Assembly: GCA_965228855.1 (NCBI GenBank)
Contig: CBDDIJ010000002.1
Location: 2,240,001-2,304,000, forward strand
DNA: 64,000 bases
Direction: 5' to 3'
DNA from: Candidatus Obscuribacterales bacterium
Lineage (GTDB): Bacteria > Cyanobacteriota > Vampirovibrionia > Obscuribacterales > Obscuribacteraceae
Below are positions 40,980 to 50,461 of the stretch, piece by piece. Made by a program: the position numbers and the translations under genes. The notes beneath the pieces are model-generated. The model did no database searches. It worked only from the letters and a program-made list of their open reading frames with translations, and was not told where the DNA came from. The first letter of the stretch is position 1; every line of letters starts with the position of its first letter.

Positions 40980-41927
40980 ATGTTTGAAAATCTTCCAGCC
41001 AAAGTAAAAATTGTAGAAGTCGGACCTCGCGATGGTCTTCAGAACGAAGCACAACAGGTTGCGACAGCGGACAAAGTCGCGTTGATAAAAGCTATGGCTG
41101 ATGCCGGTTTGGCAAATATCGAGGTGACTTCGTTCGTCAGTCCGAAATGGATTCCGCAACTTGCTGATGCATCAGAGGTCGCTCGTTGTCTCTCCGAGTT
41201 GAAACTGGATGGTGTGAAAACGTCCTGTCTGGTGCCCAATTTAAAAGGATATGAGCGGTTCAAAGAATCGAAAATTGATGAACTTGCCCTGTTTATGTCC
41301 GCGACTGAAAGTCACAGCAAGAAGAACATCAACAAGAGTATCGATGAAGCGATTGCCGCTCTGAAGGAAGTTTCCGTCGTCGCTAAGGCTGATGGCTATC
41401 GCATACGCTGCTACCTATCCGTGGTTTTTGAATGCCCGTATGAGGGCAAAGTACCGAGCAATCAAGTTCTGCAAGTTACAGAGAAGCTGGTTACCATCGG
41501 CGTTGACGAAGTATCGTTAGGTGATACCATCGGTGCTGCCACTCCGGTTGACGTGTATAAAATGGTCAATGATATAAGTAAATACGTCGATAAAGACCGG
41601 CTCGCTCTGCACTTTCACGATACTCGCGGGACAGCGCTGGCGAATGTCGTTGCCGGTCTGTCAGCAGGTGTCACCATATTTGATGCTTCCCTCGGTGGGT
41701 TGGGTGGATGCCCTTACGCGCGGGGCGCCGCCGGAAACGTGGCCACGGAAGACCTTGTTTATATGCTGAAGGGCATGGGGATTGAGACCGGCGTAGATCT
41801 TGAAAAGCTGGTTGATGCCGGCGCGCTTGCGCAGAAGTTGCTCGATAAGCAACTACCAAGCAAGTACTTGAGAGCTGCGCTTGCCACTCGCGAGAAGGCG
41901 GCCGGAAAGCAGGAGTCGTGCGTTTAA
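40980..41927 (+). CDS. Hydroxymethylglutaryl-CoA lyase
   Basis: EVGPRDGLQNE, HFHDTRG and GLGGCPYA motifs. Confidence 0.96.
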   Translation: MFENLPAKVKIVEVGPRDGLQNEAQQVATADKVALIKAMADAGLANIEVTSFVSPKWIPQLADASEVARCLSELKLDGVKTSCLVPNLKGYERFKESKIDELALFMSATESHSKKNINKSIDEAIAALKEVSVVAKADGYRIRCYLSVVFECPYEGKVPSNQVLQVTEKLVTIGVDEVSLGDTIGAATPVDVYKMVNDISKYVDKDRLALHFHDTRGTALANVVAGLSAGVTIFDASLGGLGGCPYARGAAGNVATEDLVYMLKGMGIETGVDLEKLVDAGALAQKLLDKQLPSKYLRAALATREKAAGKQESCV

Positions 41928-41978
41928 CTCGTTTCAAATGAAGCGAATCGCGTTTCAGCAAAATCAGGAGCAAGGAGA

Positions 41979-42812
41979 ATGACAGAAGCAGTGGCGACGA
42001 AAGACGATGTTTTGCTGGTTGAGAAAGAGGGCGCAGTCGCCTGGATAAAGCTCAACAGACCGAAAGTAATGAACTGTTTAAATCGCGAATTGCTTAAGTC
42101 GCTGATTAAAGCCTGCGAAGAAATCGCTGCCGACAAGGCCATCAGAGTGGTTGCAATTATCGGAAGCGGAAGCAAAGTTTTCTGCGCCGGTGCTGACCTG
42201 GCAGAGCGCAAAGGCATGACTGAGGGGGAAACAATTGACTATCTCGCTCTCATTCAGAGGGCGATGAGAACAGTCGAGACCCTTCCTCAACCGGTTATTG
42301 CCGCGATTAATGGTTCCGCATTTGGCGGTGGTACAGAGCTTGCGCTCTCTTGCGACCTTCGTGTAATGATGGAAGACGCTACTCTTCGCCTCACCGAAGT
42401 AAAGCTTGGTATCATCCCTGGTGCCGGAGGAACCCAGCGATTGCCGCGTCTGATTGGCAAGTCAAAGGCGAAAGAGCTTATTTTGTGTGCGACTCCAATT
42501 GGAGCAGCGGACGGCAAAACGATCGGTCTTATCCATCGCGTTGTGCAACGTCCGGAAGGGGAAGACGTCGGGGAAGGCTACTCGCAATCTCTGATAGCTG
42601 AAGTCAAAGCGTGGGCTGAGGAAATCGCGACGGCCGCTCCATTATCTTTGCGACAAGCAAAACGAGCTATCGACCAGGGTTATGACAGAGACCTGGAAGC
42701 TGGACTGGCTCTCGAAACTCGAGCATATCTGGAGTTGCTGAATACCAGCGATCGCAAAGAAGGTCTGGCTGCGTTTGCTGAAAAGAGAAAACCGAATTAC
42801 AAAGGTGAGTAA
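41979..42812 (+). CDS. Enoyl-CoA hydratase (probable methylglutaconyl-CoA hydratase)
   Basis: FCAGADL, AFGGGTELAL and PGAGGTQRLPR motifs; adjacent to HMG-CoA lyase. Confidence 0.92.
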   Translation: MTEAVATKDDVLLVEKEGAVAWIKLNRPKVMNCLNRELLKSLIKACEEIAADKAIRVVAIIGSGSKVFCAGADLAERKGMTEGETIDYLALIQRAMRTVETLPQPVIAAINGSAFGGGTELALSCDLRVMMEDATLRLTEVKLGIIPGAGGTQRLPRLIGKSKAKELILCATPIGAADGKTIGLIHRVVQRPEGEDVGEGYSQSLIAEVKAWAEEIATAAPLSLRQAKRAIDQGYDRDLEAGLALETRAYLELLNTSDRKEGLAAFAEKRKPNYKGE

Positions 42813-42836
42813 TTCGCGAAGGCTTGAGGAGGTCTG

Positions 42837-43490
42837 TTGAATTCGCTTCCAGGAGATAGAGAACCATTGCCATTGCCTTTGACGGCAATTGTTTTGTGCG
42901 GCGGCAAATCGAAGCGTATGGGCAGGACCAAAGCTTTCCTGCCCTACGGTGGGACTACTATGATCGCTCATATCGTCGAGCAGATCGGTGAGATGTTCTC
43001 GAAGACGCTCCTGGTAAGCAACGAGCCGGATTTATATGAAGATTTTGAGCACGATGTCGTCAAAGACATCTTGCCTTATCGCGGTCCGATGGGCGGAATA
43101 CTGTCCGGACTTTTAGTTGCGGAAACAGAATACTCTTTCGTGATTGCCTGCGACATGCCGTTAGTCAGCAAAAAACTAGTGCGTGACATGACTGCAGCGC
43201 GCAACGGTTATGACGTGGTAGTCCTTTCTCATTCCTCTGGTCTGGAGCCGTTATTTGCCGTTTATTCCAAATCTTGCATAAAGCCGCTTGAGGAATCACT
43301 TTTCGCCGGTACGCTCAGCGTGCAGGATTTGATAGGCGGGCTAAAGTCCACCACCTTCAAATATGATGAGTCGAAATACGATCAAGATGTGCTGCCCCCA
43401 TATTTCAACATCAACACTCCGCAAGACTATTCGAAACTGATAACGAAAGGGAGTTCGTCGGTGCATCAATTTCCGGAAAAGCGGAAGTAA
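42837..43490 (+). CDS. mobA: Molybdenum cofactor guanylyltransferase
   Basis: LCGGKSKRMG, GPMGGI, ACDMP and FNINTP motifs. Confidence 0.9.
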   Translation: MNSLPGDREPLPLPLTAIVLCGGKSKRMGRTKAFLPYGGTTMIAHIVEQIGEMFSKTLLVSNEPDLYEDFEHDVVKDILPYRGPMGGILSGLLVAETEYSFVIACDMPLVSKKLVRDMTAARNGYDVVVLSHSSGLEPLFAVYSKSCIKPLEESLFAGTLSVQDLIGGLKSTTFKYDESKYDQDVLPPYFNINTPQDYSKLITKGSSSVHQFPEKRK

Positions 43491-43628
43491 GGCGCCTGCT
43501 GTGTTATCGCGGTACCACTGACCGCTTGCGCTATTTCAAGATCAATTCGAGCCGATGCTGTATAGTTTCGCTCAGAAGTTCGACATCGCTGAAACCGCTG
43601 CCAAGCGGGTTCTAAAAGGAGCAGAATC

Positions 43629-44144
43629 ATGGCTGACCTTATCGTCGTCGCTTATGACGACCAACACAAAGCCGAAGAAATGCGGCTGAAACTCTTGAAA
43701 TTACAATCCGAATATCTTCTTGAACTGGAAGACGCAGTTGTCGCCGTCAAAAAGGCAGATGGAAAAATCAAACTGCATCAAGCTGTCAATCTTCCTGCGG
43801 TGGGAGCGCTACAAGGCGGCTTCTGGGGAACATTGATCGGCTGCTTATTCTTCATGCCTTTGTTCGGCATGGCTGCAGGAGCCGCTTCGGGTGCGCTTTC
43901 CGGCGCTCTGTCCGACGTCGGTATCAATGATGACTTTATGAAACAAGTGGCCGGCAAACTGACGCCGGGAACGTCTGCGCTTTTCGTTCTTCTACGTAAA
44001 GTGACAGCAGATAAGGTTCTCGAACAGTTTGAAGGAACAGGCGGTACTGTCATTCAAACATCTCTCAGCCACGAAAAAGAAGAGAAATTGCAAGAAGCGT
44101 TGAGTGCTGCAAAGCTCGAATACAGCAAAGCACCTACCGTTTAA
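43629..44144 (+). CDS. DUF1269-family membrane protein
   Basis: LELEDAVV, glycine-zipper TM, DVGINDDF, PGTSALF and QTSLS. Confidence 0.85.
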   Translation: MADLIVVAYDDQHKAEEMRLKLLKLQSEYLLELEDAVVAVKKADGKIKLHQAVNLPAVGALQGGFWGTLIGCLFFMPLFGMAAGAASGALSGALSDVGINDDFMKQVAGKLTPGTSALFVLLRKVTADKVLEQFEGTGGTVIQTSLSHEKEEKLQEALSAAKLEYSKAPTV

Positions 44145-44165
44145 CAACTTCATGATTGAAACAGG

Positions 44166-44198
44166 AAGCGCGCTCTTTTAGCCGGGAGTGCGCTTTTT
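44166..44198 (+). terminator. Terminator after the DUF1269 gene, overlapping the end of the convergent gene
   Basis: aagcgcgctc ... gagtgcgcttttt stem-loop. Confidence 0.6.
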
Positions 44199-45644
44199 GT
44201 ATAATCCGATTTTCAATAGCGTTATCAAATCCTGACAGTCTTCTGGTATGCCTGCGACACCGATGTCCAGCCCAACCTCATTCTTTTGAAAAGGTGGTTC
44301 CGAAAGAACTGCATGCAGTCGGTGCACAAGTCCTTGCGCCGCGCTCGGTTGAGTGTGAGGCAATATGAGAGCGTAGTCGTCTCCGTCATAATGTCCGAGT
44401 ATGTCTGCCTTGCGAACCGTGTTTTTAACAACATCAAGCGCTTGCTTCTGTGTCTGTTTTGATAACTGACCGTGATTGCCGCTAAACTTGAAGAGCACGA
44501 TGGTAAATGGCGTTTCGTAAGAATGGAATCGATAAAATTCGTGTTCCAGGAAAAACAGAAAGGCTATCTCTGAATAGATGCCTGTGTCTTTGCGAGTCAT
44601 GCTCGCGGTAAATTTTTCAAGGGCGGCTAGGTCGATTGTAAGATCAGAGTTGCTTTGTTCCTGCGGCTTCTGCAGCGTCGGTTCTTCAGGAGTCGCTCTG
44701 CTGTCCAGCGAACAAATACCGGAAGAAACAAGATTGAAAATCAGCGGCGTCCAGGTGGATCGGCTCAATGCGCACTGTTGCAACAATTCAGAAAATGCTG
44801 TTTTGTTATCGACGGCCTGATACATTCGCTTCTGCAAATTCATATCAACTGGAACCAGCCTGGCTAGCTTCTCTTCGAATTCGCGCTCAGTTAGATTGGG
44901 ATTGGTGCGCATCAAACAGGAATCTGGTCTCAACCCCTGACGATCTAAATACTTCGTGTGATCGCTCAAGGCCGCCGCTTTAAGCATGAGCCCTTCTGTA
45001 TGCGAATTGATTGTTTTTCTCGGAGCTTTATCCGCGTCGAAAAATTTGAACTCTCCGGAGACGCTACTCAACGTCAGCTCGAGAAACGCCTCTTCACCTT
45101 CCTGCTCGTTGTGTTTCGCACTTACAAGCACGCCGGACTCAAAGAATAAATCAGACTTGTCTGTTGAAGAGTGTACGGACAAGCGACCGGTGAGGCGGCT
45201 GGACTGAATAGACGTCAATAGCGACGGAAGGGGCATTTCGTTCAGGCTGCCTTCAAGTACTCCAGTCACAACTTTTCGCGGCGCCTGAGGCTCGACCGGC
45301 GTAGTATTCGATGGTGTTGGAGGGAAAGCAGCCAGGATAAGGCTGTGGATCATGACAACGTCTGAGCTTTCGTAGGTCCACTCGAGTTTTGACGATTGAT
45401 CGTCGCCCCGGTAAAAGGACCATTGATGGCTCTGCTCGTTGTTTCTGCGCTCGAGTTTGGCGGTCAGCACGTAAGGTTGCCTGTTCTCAGTCCATGGTAA
45501 TTCGATCAGATTCCCTGGTTGTTTCGCTGCTTCTGCGTAAAGGTATTCGAGATCCGGCAAATTAGGGGTGCGCGACTGCTCCGGCAAACGATGCCGTCGC
45601 TGAGCCGGCGTCATGCCGCGCTTAATCATGTCTTGCTTTCTCAC
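44178..45644 (-). CDS. DUF4388 (PATAN-like) domain plus degenerate GGDEF domain protein
   Basis: LEGSLNEMPLPSLLTSIQSSRLTGRL...LFFESG (DUF4388); C-terminal RKAD-ILGHY-DGDDY. Confidence 0.8.
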   Translation of the reverse strand: MRKQDMIKRGMTPAQRRHRLPEQSRTPNLPDLEYLYAEAAKQPGNLIELPWTENRQPYVLTAKLERRNNEQSHQWSFYRGDDQSSKLEWTYESSDVVMIHSLILAAFPPTPSNTTPVEPQAPRKVVTGVLEGSLNEMPLPSLLTSIQSSRLTGRLSVHSSTDKSDLFFESGVLVSAKHNEQEGEEAFLELTLSSVSGEFKFFDADKAPRKTINSHTEGLMLKAAALSDHTKYLDRQGLRPDSCLMRTNPNLTEREFEEKLARLVPVDMNLQKRMYQAVDNKTAFSELLQQCALSRSTWTPLIFNLVSSGICSLDSRATPEEPTLQKPQEQSNSDLTIDLAALEKFTASMTRKDTGIYSEIAFLFFLEHEFYRFHSYETPFTIVLFKFSGNHGQLSKQTQKQALDVVKNTVRKADILGHYDGDDYALILPHTQPSAAQGLVHRLHAVLSEPPFQKNEVGLDIGVAGIPEDCQDLITLLKIGLYKKRTPG

Positions 45645-45763
45645 CCGCCATAACAGCCCCTGTCAGCGGAGGACGCCATTAAAATTCTAGCACCCGCGCG
45701 CTTGGCTAGGGGGAAATCGGACGCTGAAATCAGAGCCGAAACGCACTGGCGACTGAAACAAAA

Positions 45764-46672
45764 CTAGCGGATTGGCTCGAGTCGAACGGTGGTTTGCTCG
45801 CCGTCTTCTTCCAAGACAGCTTTGTCTTGCTCGACATCGACGAGCCTGACATTGTCGAAAACCTGACCTTGCGCGAGGGTGATGTATCTTCTGTAGCCGT
45901 TGCGGCGCTGATAACTGCGGTCTTTGAACGCAAGTATCACATGATCGCCGACAATGCCATTTAACTTCAACTTTCGCATAAGAAGAGGTTTCTCAGGTGG
46001 TGGAGGCAATTCATCCGATGTAATTCCCGGAGGCGGGTTCAGCTGCGCCGTGACATCTGGTGGCGGCGGTGGTGGCAAATCCGCTGCCGGTGGAGGAAGA
46101 CCTTCCGGACCATGTCCAAGCATCTTGGAATTTTTTCCGGTTTCGCTGAGCGAGTGAGATGCGTTCGGACGCTCTCTGGGAAAGTTACGCGATGGCGTGA
46201 TGTCTCCAAACGGGTCGGCTCGGCCGGCGTCTTGTCTGGCAATATTTGTGGCCGCGTCTCGCGGCGTGGCCTCGATAACGCTCACTGGCATGGACTGTAA
46301 GTATGTTATTCGTTCTTGCGTGTCGTCCGCGTTTACCGTGTTTTTGGCTGAGCTTGACGGCATCAGGCTTTTAAACGATTGAAGTGTTGAGTTCATATGC
46401 TCGCCCAGCTTTTCAGTGAAAGCAGCGGCTCCGCCAGTCAGTGAAGTTGTAGTGCGCGTAGTCTGGGTCGCGGTGCCCGAATTATTCAGTGTCGAATAGG
46501 TTTCGGTTCTAGATTGTTCTTCGATGGGCTTTCGCTTCGCTCGGAGTGCCTCTAGCTGTTTTTCATAAGCGCCGGAATCGTCGGTGGCCTGCTCAGGTGT
46601 CTTCGTAAGCAAATACGTTATCGCGATTGCGACAAATCCTACGAGAATAATAACCTTCAGCCGGGTAGTCAT
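45764..46672 (-). CDS. PilP-like pilus assembly protein
   Basis: N-terminal TM, GRADPF motif, Pro-rich linker, beta domain LKLNGIVG; follows pilO. Confidence 0.6.
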   Translation of the reverse strand: MTTRLKVIILVGFVAIAITYLLTKTPEQATDDSGAYEKQLEALRAKRKPIEEQSRTETYSTLNNSGTATQTTRTTTSLTGGAAAFTEKLGEHMNSTLQSFKSLMPSSSAKNTVNADDTQERITYLQSMPVSVIEATPRDAATNIARQDAGRADPFGDITPSRNFPRERPNASHSLSETGKNSKMLGHGPEGLPPPAADLPPPPPPDVTAQLNPPPGITSDELPPPPEKPLLMRKLKLNGIVGDHVILAFKDRSYQRRNGYRRYITLAQGQVFDNVRLVDVEQDKAVLEEDGEQTTVRLEPIR

Positions 46673-46728
46673 TTAGTTTTAACTCGATCCCTCTCCAATA
46701 ATTATTGCAAAAAACGCCTTGCGCCGTC

Positions 46729-47451
46729 TCAAGGCAAGTAATAGATGCTCATCAAAAAGGTCATTACTGGCTGGTTTAGCTCAAGGTTGCGACCCTTCTC
46801 GCTTGCCATTGTCTTTAACATCTCGCGTTCGTTGCTTTCCGGCATTGCGACATTTAGGTTTCGAATTCCGACGATTCTCTGATACGCCTCAAGATGTTTC
46901 AAAAAGGTCATGAGTTCTGCATAGCTGCCGGAGACATAGACGCGGCGCTCGATGTGCTTGATGCCTAATATGTTTTGATCGGCAGGTTCTTCTTGCTTTT
47001 TGACTGCAGGTTGTTGCGGCTTCGCCTGAGTAGTTGGTTTGTTCGCAGGTGGAGTCAGTTTGCCACCAACCTCGGCGATGATTGAATCCATGAGGTTTTC
47101 GCCCTTCCCTTTTTTATCGTCGGTTGCAGGCTCGATTGCAATCAGGTCGGTTCCTGATTCGCTGCTCAGCCGTTCCATATCGATAAGCAAAATATCCATA
47201 TCTGGTTTGGTTGGAACCGCTGCACGCATGCGTTGAATATCTCTGTCCAGTTCGTTTTTCTGTCTGATTAACGCTTCCTTCTCTCGAACCTTTTGTTCCA
47301 AACGATTGAACTCAATCGTCAGTGTTTGCAGTTCGTTCTGCGAGCGAGAGCTCATATCCCAAGCCGGCTGAACATAGATGGTGAGCAGAAACAGCGTGAG
47401 CACATATGGAAGAGTGCAAATGATAATCTGCATGGAGCGGCTCAAAATCAT
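46729..47451 (-). CDS. pilO: Type IV pilus assembly protein PilO
   Basis: TM plus coiled coil, DILLIDM and GSYAELMTFLKHLEAYQRIV. Confidence 0.85.
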   Translation of the reverse strand: MILSRSMQIIICTLPYVLTLFLLTIYVQPAWDMSSRSQNELQTLTIEFNRLEQKVREKEALIRQKNELDRDIQRMRAAVPTKPDMDILLIDMERLSSESGTDLIAIEPATDDKKGKGENLMDSIIAEVGGKLTPPANKPTTQAKPQQPAVKKQEEPADQNILGIKHIERRVYVSGSYAELMTFLKHLEAYQRIVGIRNLNVAMPESNEREMLKTMASEKGRNLELNQPVMTFLMSIYYLP

Positions 47452-49244
47452 TGTCTTGCCTCCCCATCCTTGAGAAGCAGTCCTATTGATGGTGTCGTAT
47501 TCGGTGTCGCATGGCTGGATGACGGTCCTGTTTTCGGGAGCGTTACGGCATTCAATTTTGCCGTGAGTCCGAAGGAAACATACTGCGGCGTCTTGTCTTT
47601 TCTACTTGCATAGTCGATGCTGGATTCTCTTATTAATGGTGAACTCTGGAGATTCAAGTTCAAATTCGAAACAGACGTAAAGTCGGTTGCCACTCCCTCA
47701 ATCTGAAAATCTTGCACGCCAAAAACTACGTGATCGATCTGCACGCCCTTCGGCGTATTCAATTGCAGCGCGTCCATGTATGAGGACCAGCGTCTTCCCT
47801 TGGAGACCAGGTAATTAAGCACCTTCTGACGCATTTTGAGAGAACTGTTTCGCTCCTTCAACTGATTGACCTGTTCTAAATCTTTTTTCGCCTGGGCTAT
47901 CTTTTCTTCGGTCGTCACCAGCTCTTGCTGTTTTGCTGGAACATCGAACATGGTTAGATAAGCGAGTGCAGCAGAAACCAGGAGCAGAGAGCAGACTCCT
48001 CCGAGCAGTGTCGGTTTGAACCAGTTGAGCGTCGGCTGTCGGTCCTCTATTTTTTGAGTGGCGCGCTCGTCGAAGAATAGTGGTAACCGTCCCTCTCGGT
48101 TTAGATCAAGGTCTACTGTGAAACTAGGGTTCCATGCCGGTTCCAGAGAACTGCCTACGCATGAAGCGAGAATCGGACGCATGCGTTCGACCACGAGCCC
48201 CTGGTCGAAAGTCATATCGCGCATGGCGTCACCAAATATGGTTCTAAAGCCCATTCGGCTTCCGATGTATTGATCGAGATTGGGGATCATGCAACCTGGA
48301 CCGGTGAGAATTATTTGGTCCAGTTTTATCTCCCCGACCTGAGATTGATAAAACTCGAGCGAGCGCTCCAGCTCATCTGTTATATCGCTGAATATTGTTC
48401 TGGCGACCTGAGCGGCTTGACCCATGCGTTGATCTTTAGGTGTCATACCGAACAGGGGAATCTCTGGTAAAAGCGATAATGCGGTCTCGAAATCGACGTC
48501 CAGGCTTCGCGAAATCGCCTCTGTTAGTGTTTCCATCCCGATGATCACGGAGCGACCAAACAGCGGCATTGCGCTTCGAACCACATTAATGTCGGTCGCG
48601 TCCTGGCGAACATTGACTACCATTGACATCTGTCCGGAGCCGCCGAGGTATCCGGCCAGAGCTAATCCTCTTATTGATGCAAGTGAAGAAACTTCGATCT
48701 TGCCCAGTTGAACACCACAAGAGTCGGTTGCGCGCCAGCAAGTTTCCACGATCGAACGCTGCACCGCAGCTAGTATCACGTCAACCCGCCGGACCCCATC
48801 CGCGTCAGTTCTTTCTGTCGCCGGCATCAGAGACCAGTCGAGGTTCGCATCTGAGATCGGGAAAGGAACGTGATTGGTCGCTTCTTGCGTGACCACTTCG
48901 GCAAGTTCATCTGCCGGCATACCGGTGGGAACCGGCATAAGTCTGATTACAACTGCCTGAGCAGGAATCGTCATATTCAATACAGGAGACGGGCCGGTTG
49001 GCGGAATGCCTGCATGTAGCATCAATTCGCTAATGACACTACCAATGGCAGCAGGGTCAGCGATTAAACCTTCGCGAACAGTGTTTGCCGGGGTCGGTAA
49101 ACTCGCGAATCGAGTCATCTCGACCCCAATGCGAGTTTTGTCCAGTTGGATGAGCGTTATGGAGTCGCTATTGATATCGATCCCGATGGTGGGACCTTTC
49201 TTCTTTCCGATACCAAAGCCGAACATCTTGCCCGCGCTGAACAT
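47448..49244 (-). CDS. pilM: Type IV pilus PilM-PilN fusion protein
   Basis: Actin-like PilM (IGIDI, IILTGPG) continues in frame into a TM, coiled coil and PilN-like domain (TPKGVQI...IEGVA). Confidence 0.85.
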   Translation of the reverse strand: MFSAGKMFGFGIGKKKGPTIGIDINSDSITLIQLDKTRIGVEMTRFASLPTPANTVREGLIADPAAIGSVISELMLHAGIPPTGPSPVLNMTIPAQAVVIRLMPVPTGMPADELAEVVTQEATNHVPFPISDANLDWSLMPATERTDADGVRRVDVILAAVQRSIVETCWRATDSCGVQLGKIEVSSLASIRGLALAGYLGGSGQMSMVVNVRQDATDINVVRSAMPLFGRSVIIGMETLTEAISRSLDVDFETALSLLPEIPLFGMTPKDQRMGQAAQVARTIFSDITDELERSLEFYQSQVGEIKLDQIILTGPGCMIPNLDQYIGSRMGFRTIFGDAMRDMTFDQGLVVERMRPILASCVGSSLEPAWNPSFTVDLDLNREGRLPLFFDERATQKIEDRQPTLNWFKPTLLGGVCSLLLVSAALAYLTMFDVPAKQQELVTTEEKIAQAKKDLEQVNQLKERNSSLKMRQKVLNYLVSKGRRWSSYMDALQLNTPKGVQIDHVVFGVQDFQIEGVATDFTSVSNLNLNLQSSPLIRESSIDYASRKDKTPQYVSFGLTAKLNAVTLPKTGPSSSHATPNTTPSIGLLLKDGEARQ

Positions 49245-49303
49245 CTAACTTCCGCCATTTCGATTGCGCAATTCTTGCATCCAACCAAGAACAATGTTTG
49301 AAA

Positions 49304-50461
49304 CTACAGCCATCCCCCTAAGTAAGATATGCCCCCAGTGACTCCAGAGTACCAGGTATCCGAAGGGACAAGAATTGCAAGCAGTCCGCCGATTGCGAGC
49401 GAGGGACCGAAAGGAAAGTGGTTGTCGAATCTACTGCCCGACATTACCGCCCCAAACAGTCCGCCCGCTATTCCACTGAGAGAGGCCAAAATCAGCAACT
49501 GTGGTGTCATAAACATCTCTGGATTTTGGGTCATGTAGCCCAACAATACAAGTGGTATCGCGAGTAGCGCTGCGCCGATAATAAAACCTTTGATGGCGGG
49601 GCCTTTGGCATTTTTCAGAACATCGCGCCGATGCATGTCTCGCAACAGGTACCCGGCGCCCATCACAGCTCCGACCAGAAATGCAAGTACGACTGCCATG
49701 GCCATTTTTTCCCAGCCGAGCCAACAGGCTATCACCGCCGATAATACCGCGTCTCCGCCACCCATCACCATTCCTTCGTCTGGATCATAGTAAGCTTCTT
49801 TCAAATCATACGTCGGGTCCGTCACCCAGGGCGACGCTCCCTCTGTGGGATCATCCTGTTGTTCCCCTCTCAGAAAACTGACGAAAATCCGACCGTAGAA
49901 ATCCATAAAATCAAAGAGAATGTAGCTAATTCCAGCACCGATCAAGGCGCCACCAGGATTGCCGTGTGCCAGAGAGTAATATCCAAGTCCGAATATGATC
50001 GATGGATACGTTATTTCATGTGGAATGAGATGTTCTCGAAAGTCAGTGACAGTAACGGTTATCAGCGTTGCCGCGAATAGGCACATAGCGATGCCTTCCA
50101 TCGTGTAACCGAACTTCCATAGCATTGCAGCAAAGGTTAGACCGGTCGCAAACTCAACCAGTGGATACTGCCAACTGAATTTCTCTTTGCAGTTACGACA
50201 CTTTCCACCCAGCAGGAAGTAGGAAACAATCGGAATCATGTCGAAAAACTGGAGCGGTTTCTCACAATTCAAACAATGAGAGCCGGGAAACAGCCACGAT
50301 TTCTGGAGCAGCGAGCGCAGTGCCACCACATTTAGAAAACTTCCGACGCAGGCCCCAACAACAAATGCGATCGCCATACGAATCGCAAAATCGGTGCCTT
50401 CCGCGGGCAGATACGCCGCTAGAAAATCCCGTCCGAGCAAGTCTGCGTAATCCAATCCCAC
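49304..50461 (-). CDS. pilD: Prepilin peptidase / N-methyltransferase
   Basis: GSFLNV, CLNC/CRNC Zn motif, TDFREHLIP, MGGGD and PFGP. Confidence 0.95.
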   Translation of the reverse strand: MGLDYADLLGRDFLAAYLPAEGTDFAIRMAIAFVVGACVGSFLNVVALRSLLQKSWLFPGSHCLNCEKPLQFFDMIPIVSYFLLGGKCRNCKEKFSWQYPLVEFATGLTFAAMLWKFGYTMEGIAMCLFAATLITVTVTDFREHLIPHEITYPSIIFGLGYYSLAHGNPGGALIGAGISYILFDFMDFYGRIFVSFLRGEQQDDPTEGASPWVTDPTYDLKEAYYDPDEGMVMGGGDAVLSAVIACWLGWEKMAMAVVLAFLVGAVMGAGYLLRDMHRRDVLKNAKGPAIKGFIIGAALLAIPLVLLGYMTQNPEMFMTPQLLILASLSGIAGGLFGAVMSGSRFDNHFPFGPSLAIGGLLAILVPSDTWYSGVTGGISYLGGWL

